In this document: one piece after another, positions 1-11,835 of the stretch | Position numbering within the stretch: the stretch's first letter is position 1 | Layout: every line of letters begins with the position of its first letter | Position numbers and translations under genes: made by a program | The notes under the pieces: model-generated | Seen by the model: the letters and a program-made list of their open reading frames with translations, nothing else | What the model was told of the DNA's origin: nothing | Databases searched by the model: none | Assembly: GCF_018977255.1 (NCBI RefSeq) | Contig: NW_024704745.1 | Location: 49,662,001-49,726,000, forward strand | Reading direction: 5' to 3' | DNA from: Callorhinchus milii | Lineage: Eukaryota | Length of the DNA stretch: 64,000 bases

Positions 1-1212
1 TAACTCATCTATAGTAACATCTGACACCAATACTTCATTACTTTACTGTTAAACACACATTACAGCTGAGCTGATTTCAATGTTAGAAATAGAATGTACT
101 GACTCTGTACTGAATGTATTGACTTTGAGAGCTAAATTAATTTGGTTACCTATGTACACAGAAGTCAAAATAACAGCTGAATGTGTACAATAAACACCAC
201 AGTGCATGTAATCTGGAACACAAACAAAACCTGACCAATTCTCAGCACTGTCATGCCTGTTCCTCCAGATAATCATGGAGTCACACAAGTGACAGACTGA
301 GAAAAGTGAAACATTTATTCTCTAAAATCAAGGCAAGCCAGTAGCAAAAAATACCAGAGGAAAACCAGAAAGCAAATACTGCAATGTACAAAAGTGACCC
401 GTCTCCATGGCACTGTTTGGATCTGTGCAGGTGGCTACTTCCACTCCTCTTAAAACTCCTCTTAAGGGCCCGGTACGATTCATACAGATAAATGGAGATA
501 AAAGTCAATTGTGACAGTATGTGTGGAATAGTATCCTGTCTTCTGACAACAGTGCTTCCTAATTTCCAAAGAAAAACATTTGCATAATGTCAAGAAAATC
601 AAAGCAAACTCCCTTAAAACCTATGTTTCATTCTATGTCACTTCAAAGAATATGCTACATTCTTTTTGCTGTAGCAGTTTGCTATTGCTAGAAGGTCAAT
701 CCCCGAACTGTGTGCAGCAAAATATCAAGACGTGCCATTGAAAAATATCAATACGTGCCATGAAAATGCTCCTTTGTTAGCTCAGTACAATGGTAAGTAC
801 AATGTGCCATGTGCAGCTGACTGCATGCAGACTGCAAAGGCACCCAGTGTTAGTTCTGGTCTGTGCTGTGTTAACTCTTCTCAGCTGGGTGGAAATAGTG
901 TCAATATAATTGGGCCATGCCTTCGCTGGCCGAGGGAGAAGAACAATACCACTCAGCGTCCAGTAACCTCTGATGGAAATTGCTTGTGTGTGGCTCTCAA
1001 ATGATGAGAAGATCGGGATTAGCAATGAGTTTGGATACTCTTAAGCATGGTGAAAGGTTTCTACATGTGTCAGACACCCGGATGACCAAAAATATGCTTT
1101 ATTGTAGCACTGGGCATGAGATATTCGAGCCAGAGAAGCAGGTTACAAACGAGTGGTCCTGTGTTATTTAAACTACGGAGCGAATCCATAAAACCAGCAG
1201 CACATTTTATAA

Positions 1213-1791
1213 GAGTAAAACTCACACAAATTGCATAAGTCAGGACCACAGCATTTAATATAACTTACAATCTTGCATAAGTCATATCATATATGACTTA
1301 TACAAAGTTATGTATAAGTCAGATTTTATAGACTAACGCATAACAAAATCAATAAACATATCCTTGTCACTAACTTGGACTTATTTGTACTTGTATTGCC
1401 TGATGCCATGATAACAGACCAAGACCTTGTTTCCCGCACTTGTTTCAGCAGAGTACAATGTACTATAGTGTACTATACTGAGTGTGCAGTACTTCATCAC
1501 TGCAGCCGGTGAGAGTGCACGCAGTGACAGGTCAAGACCTGGTTTCCCGCACTTGGTTCAAATGGAACACTGCGCCTGTGCACTTCAATGCACCCGGTAA
1601 GTGCAGTAGTGGCGTTACAATTTAGGAGATGATTTGCAAAAGAATTAGGATTATTTGGGACCCCAAAAAATTAAGATTTAAACAGTTTGTGCAATGGTAA
1701 GCAGTAGTAGGAGATTGAATGGGACTCGGCTACATGTATGACTTAAGCAATTATACGATTTATAAAGAAACGATTTGTGTGAGTTTAACTG
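1213..1791. mobile_element. Non-autonomous Tc1/mariner (Tigger/pogo-like) MITE
   Basis: 21-bp TIRs (1213-1233, 1771-1791; 18/21 match), TA after the right end, subterminal ataagtca repeats, internal 28-bp direct repeat. Confidence 0.6.
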
Positions 1792-2803
1792 TAAAATATT
1801 ATATCCACTTATTAAATTTATAAAATAATCCCTTTATTATAAATTTCCCAACCCGTTTTCCCAATATTTTTTCTATGTATTATGTTATGGTATATAGAAA
1901 TCGGGGTCAATATAGTGATACATTTGATATTTATCACATGTTTGTTAGTGAGATAAAAGCTTTTTACTAAATAAAATACTCCAGAGTAGCTGGTATCTCA
2001 CTTTACCAGCAGTTTAATACTACAACCCGAAAGCCAGAAGTCTAATTCCATTAACATTGAGAAACAGTTTTATGGGGACTGACTTCAGGGTATATTTGAT
2101 TTGATAAGTATTGACCAATCTATGAGACATAATAAATTGAGGTGTATCAATTTCCCTGAACATTAAATTTGCTTAATATGCAAACCACTGTTAACATCTG
2201 TACCGCCAGTTGTCAATGGCGGTACCACTAAGTTTGACAAATGCATTTAAATATCATTGTTTTACTAACCCTGTAGGTAAATTGCTTGCAGCCCTCCACT
2301 TTTTCATACTCTATTCATATTTAGATTTAATCATCTTAAAGATTAAATTGCTTTATAGATTTGCTGAGTAGGTTTTGTTGATAGCTTTCCATTGGTTAAG
2401 TTTTGATGCAACACTTACTTATTTCATTAAAGCCTGTTTATTGTCGTAGGCAAAAAAACAAGGTGGGGGGAGGGGTGGGGGAATTCAGTCTGGGTCTAGA
2501 TTTACTCTACTTTCTAAACATTTTAGAGAACCCGGAATTTGGCAGATTGTTGAGTTTAGACTTAACATTGAAGGCTGTTTTCTGTAGCTCTTAAAAGAAC
2601 TTACAGAAAACCAGCTTCAAAGTTAAGACTGAATAATTCAATAACCTGCTAAATTCTGCATGCTTTGAAATACTAAGAAAGGAGAGTAAATCCAGACTCA
2701 GGAGAAATTTCTCCCCCTGGTATGTTTGGTGGAAAGTCCCACTGTGGTCATTTGTGTTACATACTCCACATTGCAAATGCATAATTAAAATAATGAAACT
2801 TAC

Positions 2804-3054
2804 CTGTTCGATGTCACTATTTCTTCTTGATTTATATATAAACTCCCCGATGGCTACAAAGACAGAGAGAACAAGCCCAGCAGCAAGTACAATAAATATT
2901 CCTCCAATGTTTTCGACACCAAGGGCACTTGCTTCTTTGCTGTCCTCCTCTGGGCAGCCGTTCCCTCGCCACCATTTCTCTTTCATCATGTGCAGCTTTC
3001 CTTCCTCCTGTAGCTGAAGGATTGCGATTGTGATTTTATCTCTATATGGAGATC
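2804..3054 (-). CDS. GRIK1: GluK1 exon, S2 end, M4 and proximal C-tail (GSPYRDK...RRNSDIEQ)
   Basis: Within ORF 2591..3106; TAG/GTAAGT; 251 nt. Confidence 0.97.
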
Positions 3055-3595
3055 CTATCAGAACAAACACCCAGTCAACAGAAAGCAAATCCATGCACAA
3101 ATGCAATGTAAATTGGAAACAGATAAAAGTGTCACAAATATTGAAATTCTAAAGAGAGACAGAATCAGATTGTTCTCAACTGTAACAAGACCCTGTTTTA
3201 TTCGTTGACATTTCTATTCACAATTTGTAATTCTTTTCAGATAACAATTATTCATTAAAATATTGTGATTACTTTTTGCCTTAAGGAGATGCTAAGAAAA
3301 TTTTCAGGGTGATGGAAAAAGCATCGACTATTTTATTCCACAAAGGAAAACAGAGGTTAAAGAGGAAACTGGGATTTAGCTGAATCAGGTAGGAAGGAAC
3401 TGCATTTGTATAGCACTTTATCACATCAAAATGACTGAAAGTACTTCACAGTAATCATGTTCAAGTCTGGTAACTGTTTTTGTAGGCAAGTACGACAATC
3501 ATTTTGTGTACAGCATGGTCTCAGGAATAGCCATGTTGTGAATGATCCTAGAGAATTTACTTCCTAGGAAAAATTATTTTTTCTTTTCAAGAAGT

Positions 3596-3790
3596 GCCTC
3601 GCCGCCTCTCTTGCCTCCTTCAAGACACGTCTCAAGACCCTCTTCTTTGACTGTGCCTTTGATCACCCTCCTTCTCCCCATATTCTCCATCCTCCCCTAT
3701 CCCGACTCCCACCAAAACACTGATTGTCCAGGGACTTGGGACGTCCTCCCGACTTGAAAGGCACTATACAAATGTAATTTTGTTGTTGTT
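3596..3790 (+). mobile_element. L2 LINE 3' end, apparently inserted in an old Deu-SINE fragment
   Basis: L2 ORF2 C-terminal remnant followed by gggacgtcctcccgacttgaaaggcactata and (ttg)n tail. Confidence 0.75.
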
Positions 3791-3913
3791 GCCATGAGAT
3801 CTTTAATAATATCCATCCAAAGAACAAACAGATGGGACTTCAGTTTAATGTTTCACTTAAAGGACAGCATCTCCAACAAAGCTTTGCTTCCCCAGCACTT
3901 AAAAGGGGAGGGA

Positions 3914-5280
3914 AAACAACAACAATAAAATTACATTTGTATTGCGTCTTTCACGTTGGGAGGACGTCCCAAGTCGCTGGATAGACGAGTTTCGGACCCA
4001 AGCTGGCAGTTGGGATCGGGGAGGGTGGAGGACAGGGGGGAAGGAGGGAGATCGAAAGTACAGTGGAAGAGGAGGGTCTTGAGACGGGTCTTGAAGGAGG
4101 CAAGGGAGGGGGCAAGGCAGAGAGACTGTGGGATGGAGTTCCAGAGGGTGGGGGCAGAGTAGCAAAAGGCCCGCCCACCAATAGTGAAGCGAGCGAGGTG
4201 GGCAATGTGAAGCAGGAGGGAGCGAGCAGGATGGTAGGAGCAAGACCATGGATGGCTTTGAAGGTGAGGACCAGGACCTTGAACTGTACCCTCAAGCAAG
4301 GAGTTTGCATAATCAAGCCTCGATGAAATGAAAACGTGTATTAGGGTTCGGCCGTCTGCAGTGTGAAACAGTGATGGAGCCGGGCGATGTTGCGGAGGTG
4401 CGGGAAGGCAGAGCGGGTCATGGCACAGATGTGGGATAGAAAGAATAGTTGAGGGTCAAACAGGACCCCAAGATTCTGGACTGGCTTAGTAAGGTGGCGT
4501 GTGCATCCATGCATGGTGATGCTATCAGTGCCTGAGGTGTGGAGGCGCTGACTGGAGCCAATCAGGAGAGCCTCAGTCTTGTTGACATTCAACTGAAGAA
4601 AGTTAGCTCTCATCCAGGACTTGATGTCTGACAGACATTCTGTCAGGACAGCAGTGGTCCTGGAGTCAAGGGCGGAGGCAGAGAGATAGAGTTGGGTGTC
4701 ATCCACATACATATGAAAATTGACCCCATGTCTGCGGATGATGTCACCAAGAGGCAGCATATAGATATATAAATCCATGCTATATAAATATATGCTATAT
4801 AAATCCAAGTTGTTGTTGTTGTATAAGATATGGTTTGGGAAGAGAGGGAGCAAGGGAATCAAGAGTAGAGTAGAGGGAGCTGTCGGGAGAGTGACCGGGG
4901 ATAGGTCATTGCGGGAGGAAGCCCAGAGGGGGAGGAGTTCAGATAACTCCAAGGCAGCTGAGAGGGAGGCGGGGGGGTGTGAGATTTTTTTCCAAGGGCG
5001 GTAGGAGATGGAGGTGGGTTGGGTGGTGGTGGGGAGAGGAATTGAGGAGTTAAGGGAGATGAAGTGATGGTCTGAGAGCCACACCGCCACCACGATGGTT
5101 AGGTTGAGGGGTATGGTGGAAGGTGTAGCCGGGTGGTGTGGCCTCTGTCAGGCGGAAGGTGTTGCTTGGAGTGATCCAGGTTTCAGTTAGGGCGAGAATG
5201 TCGATGTTTTCGTCAACAATGAGGTCTTGGATGGTGAGTGTTTTGTTGGAGAGGGAATGAACATTTTGTAGGAAAAAGGT
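3914..5280 (-). mobile_element. Deleted L2 LINE (APE endonuclease, RT and 3' tail pieces)
   Basis: ORFs with NVHSLSNK...DILALTETW (APE), HMYVDDTQLY (RT) and GGRAFCYSAPTLWNSIP; (caa)n tail at the left. Confidence 0.9.
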
Positions 5281-6284
5281 TGAACTCACAACCTGAAGCA
5301 GAAATGGATCATGACAACTCATTAGCAAAGAACATTGAACATTGAAGGGCTGATATGCTAAAGACCTTATAAACTATGGGTGAATGAGGATATGTGTCAT
5401 TCTCATATTATATAAAATAAACTGAGGAAAAAAGTGCTGTGTTAATTCTCTATATTCTATACACAGAGAGATGAAAGAGAAATTATTAACATTCACTTCA
5501 GAATATAGACAACAGCCAATTGCCTGAGAAGGACACTTTATTGTTTGTAATTTAATTGAACTAAATGGGACTATGACTCCAAGGTTTCCAATGAAATCTC
5601 TTGCTGAATATCAAAAGCTGTGCTTTTCCACTGAGGCGGAAAATTGTCTTCTACTCCTGGTTGTGGGTCAATTTCTTTATCTGTTGTTTTCCTGAGCCAT
5701 ATTGACCATTAAAGAGAAAGACAGAAAATATCTCTGCGGAATTTAATGAGAAGTAATATCGAAACAGATATGAGATGGGAAAACTTAGACTTGAATTTAT
5801 GTGAAGCAGTTGGGAAATATTTCAATAAGCAATGAGTGAAGTGGAGGAATGTGCTGGAGCTTGAGGGTAATATGTGGTATGTGAATTGGACTAACAGAGA
5901 TCTGGTCAGAACCAGAGTGAGGCATGGATTATGCAGTGGGGTTTAAAATTATTTGAAAGGTCAAATCATGGGGAAGTTCTGATCGTGTCTGAAGGAGAAC
6001 ATTTAGCGTTGGCTGATGCGAAGATTGATTTTTAAAGCCGAGTTAAGCCAAAGTGGTATTTGATATCCTGGGATCTGTGTGGTAGAAGGAATAACAGCTC
6101 TGTTGACCAGGAGCAAGTGGCTTTTGGTAAAAACAATTTGAAAGCTGGAAATGCTTCCCCTGGTGCAGGTTATTGCAGGTCACCTCCAAGAATGTCCCAC
6201 AATGTGATACATGATATCGGGTGCTGCATTTTTCACCCCATACAAATACCCACATAGTAAACAACAATAACAAAGTTACATTTA

Positions 6285-6510
6285 TTATAATAATAATAAT
6301 CCTTGCATTTGATATAGAGGCTTCCCATGTTGTTAAAACGTGTCAAAGTGTTTCACAGAATACATTGTAAAGTGGCTTATTGCACATGGCAGTAGCCCAC
6401 AAACAGTTGTGGATTGAGTGACCACAGTTTTTTTTCTTTTTTGGACGGATTATTACCCTGGAAAGCGATCTGCCAATCAACAAACAACTGGGTTCTTACT
6501 TACTGCTAGG
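6285..6510 (-). mobile_element. Diverged 3' part of the longer SINE subfamily
   Basis: (taa)n-tccttgcatttgatatag tail and attaccctggaaagcgatctgccaat block shared with 28714-29083. Confidence 0.65.
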
Positions 6511-7242
6511 TAAAGAGATGTGTTAGTAGCATATATAGTGTGATATAATGTATAGTGTTTATAGCACCTTTCACATCGGAAGGACATTCCAAGGTGCTAG
6601 ACAGTTTTTACTTTATGTAACCAAAAATAGAAAATAGCATTATTATTCTGCTCAAATTAGTTAAATAGAGTTTTGCTAGAATTATATGCTTGAAGTGCTT
6701 TGAATTAACTAGTAGCTATGTCACTGTACCCTGGAGTGATTATACTGCTGTTATCTTAATGGAAATGATTGTTGCTCTTCAATTCAACTTGGCATTTAAT
6801 CATTAGAGAAGACCAGAAGTGGAAAGAGGAAGAGCCACACTTTTTGGAGGAGTTCACTCCTCCAAAGATGCAGTTATTGTGAAGAGAGAAGCTGGAGTGA
6901 GTAGATAACTTACACACTGGTGGAACTAGAAGTACACAGGATGATATTCACATTTTTAATACAGTACTACAGTATCAAGCTATCATTGATAAATAATGTG
7001 ACAGGAAACCACATGCACCAATAATGTATGCTTTAGCACAGAATACTCTCAGTGGTGCATTGTGCAACTCATAAAAACACTAATGATTTTCCTATATTTG
7101 ACTTTCTTGGTAAGAGAGAGCTGCAGTAGGCAGGGGAGGCACAGCTTCTCGTGTACAATAATAGGTGTCGTGGACAAAGCATCTATGCCACTTTCACAAC
7201 CACAAACTGTAAGTTCCACATCAGGAACGAGCGCAGTGGCAG

Positions 7243-7662
7243 TGTGTCAGTCTGGCTCAGTGGTGGCACTTTCACCTCTGAGTCAGAAGGTTGCTCAAGC
7301 CCCATGTCAGGACTTGGAATCAGATAGTCTAATTTGACAGTCCAATGCAGTATGTTGCACTGTCGGAGGTGCTGTCCTTTGCCTGATAAGCTAAACCGAG
7401 GTCCCGTCTGTTCAGGTGGACATTAAAGATCCCATCGCACTATTCCAAAAGAGAAGGGAGTTTCTCTCTCCTGATGTCCTGCCAACAATCCCACAAATAA
7501 AATTGGTCACTCACTGCATGGCTGTTTGTGGCATTGCTCTGTGTAAACTGGCTGCCTATTTATCTGACAAAATACACAGTCAATGCACATTAGAGCATAT
7601 CCTGTGAAGCGCTTTAGGATGTCTCGGTGATGTGATAAGGCACTATAGCAAATGCAAGATTC
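7243..7662 (+). mobile_element. Old tRNA-derived Deu-domain SINE (SacSINE1/AmnSINE1-like)
   Basis: tggctcagtgg A-box head, gcactgtcggaggtgctgtc...aaaccgaggtcccgtctg...taaagatccc Deu core (recalled consensus), L2-type tail. Confidence 0.7.
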
Positions 7663-7932
7663 TTCCTTGTTTTAATATTCCTCCAGGCCCCTTGTTATGA
7701 AGCCCAGCATCCCATTTGATTTTTTGATTATTTTCTGGACCAGCAAACTAGTTTTTAATGGTTTATGCATTTGGTCTTTTAAAACCATTTGTTCATCTAT
7801 ATCCACCCCCCTTAGTGTTTCCCTATTTAGAATATAGCAATTCACTGTTAATACAACCTCAATCTTAGGCACTGACGTTTTGAATAAGGATTCCAATAAG
7901 GGTTCTAATGAGCTTACTAATACATGTATAAC

Positions 7933-8262
7933 GTGGAGTCCTAGCTCAGTGGTTAGAGCACTTGCTTTGTAAGTGAGAGACCTGAGTTCAGTGAGGTAAA
8001 GCCGTTGCTGGGTTCCACTGAAGTGACCAAAGGAAGAGAGGTGAGGGGGGGAATGGAGTTATCAGTGACATCCCAGAGGTTCAAGGGACAGTGTGCTCTG
8101 GTTACCACCAAATTGAATGTCATTGGTGACTGTGTATAGGGTGGTTTCAGTGTTGTGGACCGATTGAAGGATTGATTGGAGGGTCTTGTACAGGAGATGG
8201 TGAGTGAGGTGCCCAAGTAGTTGGGCGGGAATGACAGATTCCGGTACCTTGGGAAGAAAGAG
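7933..8262. mobile_element. SINE 5' head fragment (+) joined to an L2 internal fragment (-)
   Basis: tggagtcctagctcagtggttagagcac head; the minus strand encodes QSVHNTETTLYTVTNDI (L2 RT HSTETAL region). Confidence 0.6.
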
Positions 8263-10500
8263 CAATAATAGTAGTAGTTCAAAAAAGAAGCGGGATAGAG
8301 GAGAAAACAAGCTAAAGGGAAGTGAATGTAAAATGATATGTAAAATAATGTAAATGGAATCACTATTACACCAAACCAAATCTTGTCCTGAGATTTTACT
8401 TCAGACTGTATGTAATGTAATTTGTTATCACAATGTACTGGAAAGAATGCTCCAAGCACATCCAGAGCCAAATAAAACAAATCCTAGACACAAAAGAGAA
8501 AATAAAATCTGCCAATGTTAACCTTAACAACCCGAGGGAGAATGGGCTTTTTATAACATGAGCAGTTGTACACAACTGCAGAGTGGAGTATTTCATGCAA
8601 AATCTAAATGCTGTTACACTGGGGGTAATATTTTGTAATAGAGGAGATAGAACTCCACAAACATTGTGGTAATCCATGGTTAATGCAAGTTGTTGTTGTA
8701 GCAACAGTACAAAATGATGAATGACAACTCTCTGTTACATTTAATGCATTGAATAGATAGTTACAATGGAGGAACTAGCATAAAGAGGCATGAATGGTCT
8801 CTGTGGATGGTATAATTTCCAGGATTTTAGTGCACTAGATATTGACTGAGCTGGCGCATTCAAAAGGGAACTTGCTCCATTCTTAATTCAGCAAGCATGC
8901 AGGGAGGTGGTTTGAGTAAGAAGGTGACAACTTCTTAGACTGAATCTTGAAACGGGATCTGAATGAATTGAACAGGAGCTTCTCATTTCCACATTCTTAT
9001 GTCCTTAAGAGTATTACGAGTATTTGTGTGTAGAACCTAATCCCCTTATGGAGTGTGAAAATCAAATAAAATCACCACTGGAACCGAAACCTCAGATCTT
9101 GCAAAGTATATTAGCTGCTGCTACTCTATTTCAAATTGTTCCAGATACAAGATTAATTTGACAATGGATTCACTTCAATCCTTCCTGCAGCAGACAGTGG
9201 TAACATAAACCCTATTAAAAAATATATTTATGTGCACAAAAAATGTTCTGCTGAACTGTGTTGGAATTTAAAGTACAGAAATGAAATATATGACGAAATG
9301 GACCTCTTGGGAATTTATTTTGGTGATTAGGCTTAGGTATTAGCAAGATAGGTTCACTGATGCATTTCAACATCATAAAATTGCTTACTTCATTACTAAT
9401 GCAAAGAGCATCGCGCCAGGAATCTACTTTCAGAATTAGATGTGCAGTATATGCTGCCAGCAGAAATATTGATATTATCAGCATCACAGAAATATGGCTG
9501 GGAACAGTATGATGTAAAATGCTTTTAATGATAGACCCGTGAAGGAGGAGTAACATTATTACATAGAATTATATGTCAGTTCCAACATGGAAACTGGCCA
9601 TTTGGGTCACCTGCTCCACCTGCATGAACCTCCATGCCTCCTAATCCCCTCCCCCATACCTCTAATCCCTTCTTTCTCATACGTACTTAAGGGAAGATAT
9701 AAAAGCTCTCGAAAAGTGAGTTATATCAAGGGATCTGCTCAAGCAATCTGGGTAGACATTGGTACCGATGACAGCAACACAATAGCATTTAGAAATTTCT
9801 AAATTTAGAACTCCAGGTCAAGCTGAAGAATTGATGGAAAGCTGTTTAGGCAAGTAGGACAGGCTGCAACATATTTCAGTGTAGAATCACGGGAGCATTT
9901 CAATTGCCCAGAGAAAATTGGTCCAATCAAAAGCAGACTGCAAGGGAGGGAAGATGTACAAGTAATTTCACAGATGCATTAATGAATGCATCTTGACACA
10001 ACGTATGAAGCAGAATACCACATGATATACAATATTGGACTTGTCTACCAGAAATGATTGATACCATACTAAAAGTCTAACACTAAAATAATAGGGAAAG
10101 ATTTGAGGTGTTCCCCAAACAAAAGTTAACCATCAATTCAGCACACTAAGACCTTGATCGATAAAGACTTCATTCTGGGCCTACATTTTCTCTTCACTGT
10201 AGATAAACCCAGGAAAAAAAATAGCAATATTGTAAAACAAAATTAGAACCCACTCTCAGGCATAATTTACAAAACAAAAAAAGTTGCTTCAAAATAAGAA
10301 AAAAATGACAGACATCTTGATCTGTGCATGGCAGTCAATGCTGGCACAGGTTAAGGAGTACTGCATAAATTCAGAGGTCCAAGGCTTTAGCTATAAGAGT
10401 TGCAGCTATGACAACTCTAAGAGAATTAAGTAGGAGGCAGAATTAGAAAATAAAACTGCAGAGGAAACATGGAATTCTTTAAAGGAGAGAAAACAATACG

Positions 10501-10820
10501 TGGAGTCCTGTGGCTCAGTGGTTAGAGCACTCGCTTTGCAAGCGAGAGACCTGAGTTCAATCCCAGTCAGGGCGAAACCTTGGGCAAGTTTCCTTACTCC
10601 ACACGCCTAATAATAATCCCTCCAAAAAAAAATAATAATAATAATAAATTGGATATTTTCAATCTACGACTGTTTGTGGGACATTGCTGTGCGCAATTGG
10701 CTGCCACGTTCGCCCACAAATATACAGTCAATTCACTTTACAGTGTGTTCTGTGAAGCGCTTTGGGACGTCCTCCCGACGTGAAAAGTGCTATATCAAAT
10801 GCAAGGATTATTATTATTAT
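10501..10820 (+). mobile_element. Young full-length tRNA-derived SINE (~320 bp)
   Basis: A/B boxes, TGC anticodon arm, Deu-like core, L2-like tail, (att)n end; near-identical to the copies at 13977, 16270 and 60375. Confidence 0.92.
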
Positions 10821-11835
10821 TAATACATTCCTCATAGTGAAAAAGAAAAACCATAGGAAGGGCAAGACTAAATAAGGAGGTCAAAACTAATCTAAATACC
10901 AAACAAGTATGTTAGAAAATACAAGATAACATGAAGCAATGAGGAGTTTAAGTCTTTCATAAGGCTGGTAAAGTTATATAAAAAGAATAATGGAGGAAAT
11001 AAGAGGGTACTGGACAAGCAGATTACAGACAGTGGGAAGTGGGATAAAATTAAATATTTTGTTTATGTTAGTAACAGGTTCCATGCTACGGACCAGACAG
11101 GTCATTTCAGTGTACTGCAGAAGATAAAATTGATCAATCTCTTCCCAGCTGTTTGTAGGACATTGTTGTGCAAATGAGCTGCTACATTCATCTACAAAAT
11201 ACAATGTCATTATACTTTACATTAATCATATGAGGTGCTTTGAGACTGCCTTCCAACATGAAAGCAGTGTTATATCAAATGCAATATTGGTTAGATTCAG
11301 TCCCTTTGACTCAGAACGTTTTAACACAGGTAATTATTAGCAGAGCATTGTTAGGGAGATTTGAAATAATGGAATATTTATAACATTAACTTGGGCAAAT
11401 TCTTTGACCTTCAAAGCAATAGGAAAGGACACTTGTAGGAGCTCCATAAATTCTAGAATAGAGCACAGCAAATGGTACTCAATTATTCAAAAAAGAAGCA
11501 CTGAAATATGTATATAGTAATTATAGACCAGTTAGCCAAACATCTTTATTGCGTTCTAAGCTTGAGAGCATTATATGAGCAATAGCAATGCTCATCAATG
11601 AAGTGCTAAAAGAGCATAGAGACGTTAGTCAGGATGGATTTATAATAATCATAACTTGCATTTATATAGTGCATTTTATGTAAAAATGAATGTTTTGAAG
11701 CATTTTACAAACTATAATTGATTTGAAATGAAGTGAATGTTATATTGGCAAATGTGGTAGGTAATCTAGATCAGCAATGGCCCATAAACAACAGTGAGAC
11801 AAAATGAGGAGCTGATGAATTTGCATTAGAAAAGG

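Noticed and set aside
719-763. 22-23 bp tandem duplication
   Set aside because: Ordinary two-copy local duplication; no array and no coding signal.
2505-2582. Possible alternative terminal exon after ctacag (KTAFNVKSKL...FRK*)
   Set aside because: No similarity to known GluK1 a/b/c tails and no independent support.
10501-10577. tRNA-Ala(TGC)-like cloverleaf (also at 13977, 16520-16596, 60375)
   Set aside because: It is the head of a multi-copy SINE, always followed by the same core and tail; acceptor and T stems are imperfect.
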